Translations under genes and position numbers: made by a program
Assembly (NCBI GenBank): GCA_020632795.1
Contig: JACKEV010000010.1
Coordinates: forward strand, 159,127 to 223,126
DNA: 64,000 bases
Direction: 5' to 3'
Origin: Alphaproteobacteria bacterium
Lineage (GTDB): Bacteria; Myxococcota_A; UBA796; CAJQPC01
Shown here: positions 10,015-17,128 of the stretch, piece by piece
How positions within the stretch are numbered: position 1 is the stretch's first letter
Layout of the letters: every line of letters begins with the position of its first letter
Notes under the pieces: generated by a model
Told to the model about the DNA's origin: nothing
Seen by the model: only the letters and a program-made list of their open reading frames with translations
The model's database searches: none

Positions 10015-10310
10015 GCCCACCCGAGACCCCCGAACTGCTCGCCCAGGCCCTGCGCCGCTCCTCGAACTGGACCTGGGTGTCCGGCATGCTCATCGTCTAC
10101 GGCAACGGCCGCCGCGCCCTCTACCGAGGCGTCGTCGACGGCCCCGGCGAGGCCCTGCCCGTACTGAAGCACGACGCCACCGCCGGGTGCCTCATGGGCC
10201 TGCTCGCGGAGACCGGGCCAGGCTGGCAGGCGGTGCTCACCGAGGAGATGGCCCGGGGCGGGGACTGGAGGCTGGCGGTGGCGCGGGCGCTGTGGAGGCA
10301 GTGGAGGTAG
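10011..10310 (+). CDS. small hypothetical protein (99 aa), third gene of the coupled module
   Basis: GTG start overlaps the lipoprotein stop (GTGA). Good GC3. No recognisable domain. Confidence 0.3.
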   Translation: MSPPETPELLAQALRRSSNWTWVSGMLIVYGNGRRALYRGVVDGPGEALPVLKHDATAGCLMGLLAETGPGWQAVLTEEMARGGDWRLAVARALWRQWR

Positions 10311-10319
10311 GCGAGTTCG

Positions 10320-10655
10320 ATGCCGCTTGTCACAATCTGTCCGCTCGTGCCATATAGAAGTGGAGCCCCGTCGGGTCCCTCACGCTCGTTGACATCCATA
10401 GAGAAGAACGCTCGACTCAACGGTCCGCTCCGGCACCGCGAATCTGCGAACCTCTCCCACTCCGCGATATGGCAGGTTCAGCCGTTGAGGTTCTCTGAGG
10501 TCTCATACAGCGCGATAGTTCTAATCAAAGGTGATGTATCAACGACTCCGGTTTCCCGAGGTGTTGGCTGCGTCAAGAGCTGGAGAAGCCCGGAGGTCGA
10601 GGTTCGCAAAACCTGTTGGATTCGACCGGCGATATCAGGTAGTTGGAGAGCAAGG
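10320..10655 (+). promoter_or_regulatory. putative CRISPR leader for array 1 (AT-richer than surroundings)
   Basis: GC content drops locally immediately upstream of the first, consensus, repeat. The degenerate repeats are at the far (3') end of the array, so the leader is expected on this side. Confidence 0.35.
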
Positions 10656-10991
10656 GTCCCGGGACCCCGCCCGTCACGGAGGGCATTGAAACGACTGTAT
10701 TGTTTGTCCACAGCAAAAAATGCCTGCCTCCGTCCCGGGACCCCGCCCGTCACGGAGGGCATTGAAACACGTCGTCCTGCCAGGCAGTGATTCGTACGAT
10801 CCAGGTCCCGGGACCCCGCCCGTCACGGAGGGCATTGAAACCTCCTTGTAGAGTGGATGTTTTCTGAATTGAGGACCAGGTCCCGGGACCCTGCCCGTCA
10901 CAGAGGGCATTGAAACTGTGGCGTAATACGCCACGGGGATTTCGAAGATGTCCTGTCCCGGGACCCTGCCCGTCACAGAGGGCATTGAAAG
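10656..10991 (+). CRISPR. CRISPR array 1: five 37-bp repeats GTCCCGGGACCCCGCCCGTCACGGAGGGCATTGAAAC and four spacers (36-39 bp); no adjacent cas genes
   Basis: Repeats start at about 10656, 10732, 10805, 10880 and 10955. The first three are identical. Repeat 4 has two substitutions, and repeat 5 shares these plus a terminal G in place of C. The 3' end ATTGAAAC/G matches the Cas6-generated 8-nt crRNA 5' handle, fixing + strand orientation. Spacers are unique and AT-richer than the genome. Confidence 0.9.
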
Positions 10992-10997
10992 AGCCGA

Positions 10998-11016
10998 ATC
11001 AGCAATCATTGCTGAT
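10998..11016. repeat. perfect palindrome ATCAGCAAT-C-ATTGCTGAT directly after the last CRISPR repeat
   Basis: 9-1-9 inverted repeat read directly from the sequence. It could be a hairpin/terminator or a terminal structure of the IS. Confidence 0.4.
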
Positions 11017-13020
11017 CAGGCCACTTTCCCCTCCGAGTCGCCAACCTGCGCCTCCAGGCGTCACAGTGACAGTAGAATCGCCCATAAAATCGGTATCTTT
11101 CGCGCCCTCCCCAGAATTGGACACAGACCTCCCCCAACCCCCAGCGTCCGTCGAAGGAGACGCGGTCAGGCCGCGTGGGCGGCAGGCGGGCCGCGCCCCA
11201 TGAGGCCCTCGACGAAGGCGCGTGCGTCGAGTTTGGAGACCCAGGCGCGGGCGTGCTGGAGCAGGGCGAGGAGGTTCAGGCGGATGAGCCAGAAGGACCA
11301 GCGACGGTGGCGGGCGGCTTCGAGCTTGAGCTTGCTCTTCTTCTCGTCGTTGGAGCGCTCGCAGCCGGTGCGCTTCTTGTAGAGCTTGCGGTATCCGGCG
11401 CTGTTCCGTGCGATGAGGGGGAACAGGCGGGGGTTGTCGTGGACGTTCATGTTGAGGACGGGGCCCCACTTCGTCTCGGGTTGACAGCGCCAGTCGGGCT
11501 CGCCGTCCGGGGCCAGGGGACAGCGTTCGAGCTTGTTGGCCTTGACGGGGCAGAGGAAGACGCTCTGGTTGGGCCCGCCGGTGCCCCAGGCGGCCATCTC
11601 GGCGCCGGCCTGGCACAGTGGGATGGCGCGAGGGCTCAGGGCGATGTCGGGTCGGGTGGGGTGGACGGCGGGCACGTCGGAGCGCAGCGGGATGACCGGC
11701 CGCATGCCCCAATCCATCGCGTGGGCGTGGTTGGCGCGGGCGTCGTGGCCGGCATCGGCGATGAAGACGGAGAGGCCGAAGCGGTGGCGCTCATCACGGA
11801 GGAGCTTGCCGAGCTGCTCGATGGCCAGGGCACAAGCGCGGTGCTCGCTGTGATCCGCAGGGTCCAGGCGGACCAACAGCGGGAGGTCGTGTCCGTCGAC
11901 CGGGGCGAGCAGCTCGTAGGAGTGGTAGCCGAAATCGTAGCGGTCTCGGTAGGCGTCGTAGCCGCGCTTCGCGTCGGGGTCGGACCAGACCCGATCGTGG
12001 TCGCAGCGGGCGGTCCGGGGACACGAACAGACGCGGCGACCGTGGCCGTTGGCGGCGGTGACCAGCGGGCTGGCGTCCCCTGCGACGATGAGGGCCTCGA
12101 TGTCCTCCAGCAGCCCACGGCGCACAGAGACCTCCACCCCGCAGGTCCACAGGATGCGGGTCAGGCGGCCCAGCAGGTCGTCGGGGTTGCCGGAGCTCCG
12201 GCGGGCCCGGAGCGCGTCGACCAGCTTCGCGGTGGCGTTCTTCTCCGGCTTGCCCTTGCGGCGCTCCCAGCCGGGCTGGGCGCTCTCGGCGCGCCGCCGC
12301 TCCAGCGCGCTGGGGCGAATGGCGACCCCCTCCCGAAGTGGCCCGTCGTGAAGACGGTGGAGGAAGCTGTAGAACGCGCCGATGCTCGGGGACGGGGCGC
12401 GGCGGCGTCCGGGCTCGGGTTCGGCCAGGCCGGCGATGGCCTGGAGCACCGGCTCGGCGCGCAGCCGATGGCCCCAGGCGTTGAGCGCGGGCTCCCCGAC
12501 CAGCGGACCGAGCAGCAGGCAACGCAGCATGACCACCGGGTCCCAGGGCTCGCCGCCGCGGGGGCTCGGCGCGTAGCAGGCCTCCAGGACCGGCCGCGCG
12601 GGCTCCAGCTCGAGGAACCACAGCGTCGTCAACGCGGACGCGTAGAGCCGCAGCTTGTCGCGAAGGTCCGGGCGCCCAGCGAGGGCCTGAAGGCGGGAGA
12701 GGACGAGGTCGTGATAGCATGAGGATGGAGGGGGCGTCATCGTTCTTTTTCGATTTAATTAGGTTTGAAGCGGAGAATTCCGCTGTTTCGATGATCGCCC
12801 CCTTTTCACGCATCGCCAAGCTCAAGGCGGGCTGGGGCGGGCTCGGTGCAGACTCGGTGCCGGCGAGGCGCGCGAATGGTAATCGGTGGGGTCATGATGG
12901 GCCGATGCGGGTTGAGGCGGATGTGACGGGTGGGGTGAAGGGGAGGAATGTCAGGGGGTTGGGATTGGTGATCGGGGTCTTGAAACGTAGTAGCAGCTGT
13001 AAAGACCTGTCGTATCGTAC
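11000..13020 (-). mobile_element. insertion sequence carrying the IS4/IS5-type transposase, inserted between the two CRISPR arrays (boundaries approximate)
   Basis: A relic array-1 repeat at 13021-13048 on the far side of the transposase gene implies insertion into a formerly continuous array. Terminal IRs and target-site duplications could not be defined by eye. Confidence 0.35.
11166..12740 (-). CDS. IS4/IS5-superfamily DDE transposase (524 aa)
   Basis: C-terminal Y-(2)-R-(3)-E-(6)-K signature is present (YKKRTGCERSNDEKK). The Asp residues of the DDE motif lie in VFIADAGHD and DFGYHSYELLAP contexts. Uninterrupted ORF with good GC3. Confidence 0.7.
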   Translation of the reverse strand: MTPPPSSCYHDLVLSRLQALAGRPDLRDKLRLYASALTTLWFLELEPARPVLEACYAPSPRGGEPWDPVVMLRCLLLGPLVGEPALNAWGHRLRAEPVLQAIAGLAEPEPGRRRAPSPSIGAFYSFLHRLHDGPLREGVAIRPSALERRRAESAQPGWERRKGKPEKNATAKLVDALRARRSSGNPDDLLGRLTRILWTCGVEVSVRRGLLEDIEALIVAGDASPLVTAANGHGRRVCSCPRTARCDHDRVWSDPDAKRGYDAYRDRYDFGYHSYELLAPVDGHDLPLLVRLDPADHSEHRACALAIEQLGKLLRDERHRFGLSVFIADAGHDARANHAHAMDWGMRPVIPLRSDVPAVHPTRPDIALSPRAIPLCQAGAEMAAWGTGGPNQSVFLCPVKANKLERCPLAPDGEPDWRCQPETKWGPVLNMNVHDNPRLFPLIARNSAGYRKLYKKRTGCERSNDEKKSKLKLEAARHRRWSFWLIRLNLLALLQHARAWVSKLDARAFVEGLMGRGPPAAHAA

Positions 13021-13048
13021 GTCCCGGGACCCTGCCCGTCACGGAGGG
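13021..13048 (+). repeat. relic fragment of the array-1 CRISPR repeat (28/28 match to the degenerate array-1 variant GTCCCGGGACCCTGCCCGTCACGGAGGG)
   Basis: Direct sequence match. It lies 14 bp upstream of the first array-2 repeat. Confidence 0.6.
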
Positions 13049-13062
13049 AGGCAAGCCCGGCT

Positions 13063-13389
13063 ATCCCTCTCCCCGCTCGTCGGGGAGCCTCATTGAAGCG
13101 GATTCAGCCTGGATGCGGCGGCGCTCCCGGACGACGTCCCTCTCCCCTCTCGTCGGGGAGCCTCATTGAAGCGTCATCAGTCGTCGTCGGACAGCGCGGC
13201 CTTGGGGGTCCCTCTCCCCGCTCGTCGGGGAGCCTCATTGAAGCGGATTCAGCCTGGATGCGGCGGCGCTCCCGGACGACGTCCCTCTCCCCGCTCGTCG
13301 GGGAGCCTCATTGAAGCTTCACGATGGCGTCGAAGGCGGGGTGGTAGGAGGTGTCCCTCTCCCCGCTCGTCGGGGAGAGAGAACGGGCG
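13063..13389 (+). CRISPR. CRISPR array 2: 37-bp repeats GTCCCTCTCCCCGCTCGTCGGGGAGCCTCATTGAAGC (4 full plus 1 truncated terminal repeat), 4 spacers of 35-36 bp with spacer 1 identical to spacer 3
   Basis: Repeats start at about 13063, 13136, 13208, 13281 and 13353; the last diverges after 25 nt. There is an internal CTCCCC/GGGGAG stem. Both arrays share the 5' GTCCC and the 3' CATTGAA(A/G)C. Spacers 13100-13135 and 13245-13280 are identical. Confidence 0.85.
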
Positions 13390-14399
13390 TTAATTTTCGT
13401 GGCAGATCGTAACGGCGCTTCAAGGAAGCTCCCCGATGAGCGAGGAGCCTCACGGGACCTACTCCTCCCCCACCAGCCCCGCCGCGATCCTCTCGGCCAG
13501 CTCATCCAGCTCCGGTTCGCCGAGCTGCATCAGCACGCTGAGCAGGTAGCCGTCCGCGGTGAGGTACGCCCACCGCACGGCAGCCCGGAGCTGACGCAGC
13601 AGCCGCCTACGCCGCCGCCGCCGCGCCCTCGCATCAAGCGCGACCACCGTGGACCTCCTGCCGCCCCTGGCGGCGCTCCTGGCGCAGCGCGGTGAGCGCC
13701 GGGTGCTGGACCAGGCGCAGCACATCGGCCGCCAGCATGGCGACCCCGAGCGCGGCGGCCAGGGGGCTCTCAGCCCCGGCGAGGGCGCGCAGGGACTCCT
13801 TCAAGGCGAGGCCGTGCTCGTCCCAGGCGGTGTTCCAGGCGGCGCGGCGTTCGGATGCGGTCCTCATCGGTGGTGTCTCCTCTCCGGGTGGGCTACAGGC
13901 AGTCCATCGTCTTCGGACGGTCTCTCGGTGTTGGGAGGAATCCCCCTCCCCCTCTCGGCGCCGACTGCGGCCCCATCGCCTCGTGGCGGTGGGGTCGAAG
14001 CGCTTCAGGGGGCACGGCGAAGGGGCGGCCGGCGCGGCTGAGCGCGGCCGGCGGGCGCAGGAGGCCCTCGGGGTGGTCCTCATGTAGCCCCCAGGATGTC
14101 AAGGTCCCGCTTGTCGAGCATCGTCTCATCGCTGCAGGGGGAGGGGTTCGGGGAAGGGGGGCACGCCCCCCTCCCCGTACGCAGCGAGTGCATGGCTGCG
14201 AACCGGTGTGGGTGTCGTGGGCCGAGCCTCGCGACGAGGATGTTCGGGGGAGTTCCCTCCCGCCTCGCCCTCATACGTTCAGGGTCGTCAACCGAGGCGG
14301 CCGCGCCCTCAAGATCCTTCATCCAGGCGAGGAGGGAACCGGGAGGTGACTTGTTCTCACTCTCGAGGTCGCTGCCAGGGCGCCTCCAAGGGTCGTCAG

Positions 14400-15800
14400 C
14401 CTCCCTCCCGGGTCCCCGAACGGGTCCATGTCGCAGCAGGCACGCAGTGGCCTCCAGCGGGTGGCTCAGCTCATGATCCTCGCTGCGTCGAAGAAGGCAC
14501 CGTCGCGCACCAGGGCGTGCATCACACGCACGAGTCGGCAGGCGTTGGCGAGGACGGCCTTCTTGGGGATGACCTTGGCGTCGAGCATGCGGGCGCGTGG
14601 TCCTGCCAGCGCATCCATGCCCATGCGCAGCGAGGCCAGGTACAGCACCTGGCGCAGGTAGCGTCGGCCCCTGCGGCTGATGATGCGGCTGGGCTCCACG
14701 TCCTCTGCGGGCTTGTTGCCAGAGGAGACCTCGACCAGATCGAGGCCCGCCATGGACATCAGCTGACGACTGTGCCGGTAGCCCCGCAGATCGCCGAACT
14801 CGCCCAGCAGGATGGCGGTCGTCGTGGCTCCAAGACGTGGGATCGACAGGAGGTTGGGGGCGTAGTCCACCTGCTCCAGGCGGCCCACCATCTCGGCCTC
14901 GATGGCGCACCTGCTGGCGGTGAGCTGGTCCAACTCGTCGAGGTGCTGCATCAGCACAGCGCGGTGCCCCCTCGCCCCATCGCGGATCCCCACCGAGCGC
15001 TTCGCGGCCGCTCGGAGCGCGTCCACCCGCTCCTCGCCGAGGTTGTGGTGACTGGCCTTGTGCAGTCCCTTGATCAGCGTGCGGCGGCGCGCCGCGAGGA
15101 CCTCCTCCGGCGTCGGCACCGTCCGCAGCCACCACAGGCAGGCCGGCGAGTCCATCTTGCCGAACAGCTTCGGCAGCTCCGGGAACAGCACGTCCACATG
15201 CCGGTGGACCCGGTTGAGCACCTGGCTCCGACGCTTCACCATCTGCTCCCGCGTGCGACCCAACAACCGCAGCTCCGCAAACACGCCCTGCGGCGGACGC
15301 CACGGCTTCGCCTTGCCCTGACGGCAAAGATCCGCCACCAGCGCCGCGTCCTTCGCGTCCGTCTTCCGCCACGTCCCGTCGTACAGCTCCTTCGCTCGCT
15401 TCGTATGCAACGGCTGCACCTGGAACAGCTTCACCCCCCGCTCCGACAGCCAGCGTGCCAGCGCCTCGCCGTAGTGGCCCGTCGGCTCGAACCCCACCAC
15501 GAACTCCGTGTACCGCTCCACCTCCCGAACCGCCTCCTCGCAGTACCTCCACAGCGCGCTGAACCCCTCGACGTCGTTCGTGAATCTCTCCGGCTTCGCC
15601 ATCCAACCGTCGTCCAGTGCCGCCACCGCGACGTGATTCCACTTCGCTACGTCTACTCCGATCACCGCCTGGTGTGGCAGGGTAGGCTGCCAACGTCGTC
15701 GGCTCCTTCGCATGTGCTCTCCTCGGCCTCGTGGGCCTGCTCGTCGTTTTCCAACAAACAGGATCCCACTCCGGGAGGGCACATGCCTGGGGGGCTGGGC
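14400..15800 (-). mobile_element. IS110-family insertion sequence (boundaries approximate; IS110 elements lack classical terminal inverted repeats)
   Basis: A single transposase gene is flanked by short non-coding stretches. Ends are not defined. Confidence 0.3.
14466..15713 (-). CDS. IS110-family transposase (intact)
   Basis: N-terminal VIGVDVAKWNHVAVA (DEDD domain) and C-terminal LLSIPRLGATTTAILLGEFGDLRGYRHSRQLMSMAGLDLVEVSSGNK (Transposase_20) are present. The start was moved to the internal ATG at 15713 because a GGAGAG Shine-Dalgarno sits 5 nt upstream. The longer ORF begins at 15782. Confidence 0.75.
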   Translation of the reverse strand: MRRSRRRWQPTLPHQAVIGVDVAKWNHVAVAALDDGWMAKPERFTNDVEGFSALWRYCEEAVREVERYTEFVVGFEPTGHYGEALARWLSERGVKLFQVQPLHTKRAKELYDGTWRKTDAKDAALVADLCRQGKAKPWRPPQGVFAELRLLGRTREQMVKRRSQVLNRVHRHVDVLFPELPKLFGKMDSPACLWWLRTVPTPEEVLAARRRTLIKGLHKASHHNLGEERVDALRAAAKRSVGIRDGARGHRAVLMQHLDELDQLTASRCAIEAEMVGRLEQVDYAPNLLSIPRLGATTTAILLGEFGDLRGYRHSRQLMSMAGLDLVEVSSGNKPAEDVEPSRIISRRGRRYLRQVLYLASLRMGMDALAGPRARMLDAKVIPKKAVLANACRLVRVMHALVRDGAFFDAARIMS

Positions 15801-15812
15801 CCCATAGGATTC

Positions 15813-16517
15813 TCACCCGAGCACCAGCTCCTCAACAGGCACCACCTGGACCCGGACGGCCAGGGGCACCGTGATGGTCCCCGCGCTCTCCGCGCTGTAC
15901 GTCGTCGAGGGCTTCACCCCGATGTGCAGCCACGGGGTCGAGCTGAGGTCCAGGTCCACGCCCCGCGCCCCGGCCCCGGGAACGATGTCCCCCTGGCAGC
16001 TCGTAGCGTCGTGGATGTCGCCCTGGATGCTGCACAGGGTCGTCAGGTCGTCGCTCAGGTGGAGCCGGACGAGGACCCGGCGGGTGCTCGCGTGCTGGGC
16101 GAGGTCGGCGGTGGTGTTGTAGCCCCCGTGGTTGTTGATCCCGGAGGTGTTCTTCTTGATGGACCACAGCCCGGCCATGTTGGGCATGCCCGAGGTCAGG
16201 TCGTCGGTGCCGGCGACCACCACGGCCAGGGTCCGCCCGTCGTTCGCGATGCTGCCGGGCAGCTCCAGCTCCAGGAGCAGCACGGCCGGGCCGGCGGGGA
16301 GGAGCCCGCTCAGGTCGTACCGGACCCAAGCCCACTCGCCGGGGGCGCTGGCGGGGACGTCCGAGGTGCCCTTGCTGCTGTCCGTGTAGGCGACCTCGCG
16401 GCTGCTCCAGGCCGTGTCCCGCTGGGTGTTGTAGGGGACGACGTCGGCCCCCAGGTCCACCTCGGTCCAGCCGGGCGGCTCGATGGCGGGGTCGACCCGC
16501 CCGTAGTGCCCGCCCAT
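15813..16517 (-). CDS. hypothetical protein (234 aa), second gene of a two-gene operon
   Basis: Its ATG overlaps the stop of the upstream gene (ATGA at 16515-16519). High GC3. No recognisable domain. Confidence 0.4.
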   Translation of the reverse strand: MGGHYGRVDPAIEPPGWTEVDLGADVVPYNTQRDTAWSSREVAYTDSSKGTSDVPASAPGEWAWVRYDLSGLLPAGPAVLLLELELPGSIANDGRTLAVVVAGTDDLTSGMPNMAGLWSIKKNTSGINNHGGYNTTADLAQHASTRRVLVRLHLSDDLTTLCSIQGDIHDATSCQGDIVPGAGARGVDLDLSSTPWLHIGVKPSTTYSAESAGTITVPLAVRVQVVPVEELVLG

Positions 16518-16855
16518 CAGGTGTCCCGGCGCTGGGCGATGAGGGTGACGTCGGCCGTCCCCGACGGCGCGGCGACCAGCACGTAGCCGGCGCGGATGCT
16601 GGTGCGCTCGCTGAGCGGGTAGGTCGGCCCCGCGTTGGCGGGGACGGGCTCCGCGTTGTCGGCCGCCTCAACCGTGCCCCCGTCGTCCTTGCCGCTGTCC
16701 GGCCAGGCCACGTAGAGCGCGGCGCTGGAGACGATGACGACCTCGTTGGCGCCGCCCTCCGGGAAGTTGAAGCGCTGGTAGGTGGTGGAGACGCTCGTCT
16801 CTCGGGCGGTCGAGGGGTTGACCGTGGCGCTGGTCAGCGTGGTGTTGGTGGCCAT
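16517..16855 (-). CDS. hypothetical protein (112 aa), Thr/Ser-rich N-terminus
   Basis: MATNTTLTSATVNPSTARETSVSTTYQRFNFPEGG... Coding-like GC3. Translationally coupled to the downstream gene. Confidence 0.4.
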   Translation of the reverse strand: MATNTTLTSATVNPSTARETSVSTTYQRFNFPEGGANEVVIVSSAALYVAWPDSGKDDGGTVEAADNAEPVPANAGPTYPLSERTSIRAGYVLVAAPSGTADVTLIAQRRDT

Positions 16856-17128
16856 GTGGGCTCCTGGTGGTGATGGGGAGCCCCCACGGCCGCAGCCCCG
16901 GGGGCTGAAGACCCCGGGGTGATGGGCGGTGGTGAAGGGGAAGAGGGCGGCAGCGAGGGAGGCCGGCGCGCGGCGGGCCCGGGGGGCTGGCGGCGGGAGG
17001 CCGGGCCGGGGGCCGGGCTGGGGGCCGGCGCGCGGCGGGCCGAGGAGACACCCACAGCCTGGAAGGTCCGCCGACGGGGCAGAGCGGACGTGAGGCGGCT
17101 CGGGATGGACGCCTGCGCGGGCAGCCCT

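Noticed and set aside
10320-11009. ORFs 10320..10790(+), 10478..10762(-) and 10674..11009(-), and 12719..13393 ORFs, crossing the CRISPR arrays
   Set aside because: They read through repeats and spacers. Repetitive peptide (MPSVTGGVPGP...) arises from translating the CRISPR repeat.
13459-14083. Minus-strand ORFs 13459..13725 and 13634..14083 between array 2 and IS110 (MRTASERRAAWNTAWDEHGLALKES...)
   Set aside because: Arg/Ala-rich, frameshifted relative to each other, no domain. Possibly a decayed gene fragment, but not supportable as a feature.
14208-16586. 792-aa plus-strand ORF and the 578-aa minus ORF 14080..15816 overlapping the IS110 transposase and the two-gene operon
   Set aside because: No domains, Arg/Pro/Gly-rich, opposite or other frame to well-supported genes. 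High-GC artefacts.
8000-17100. Search for cas genes (cas1, cas2, cas3, cas6, cas10, cas7, cas5) around the arrays
   Set aside because: No ORF in any frame shows HD/helicase, Cas1 or Cas6 signatures. Neighbouring genes are integrase, peptidase, lipoprotein and transposases.
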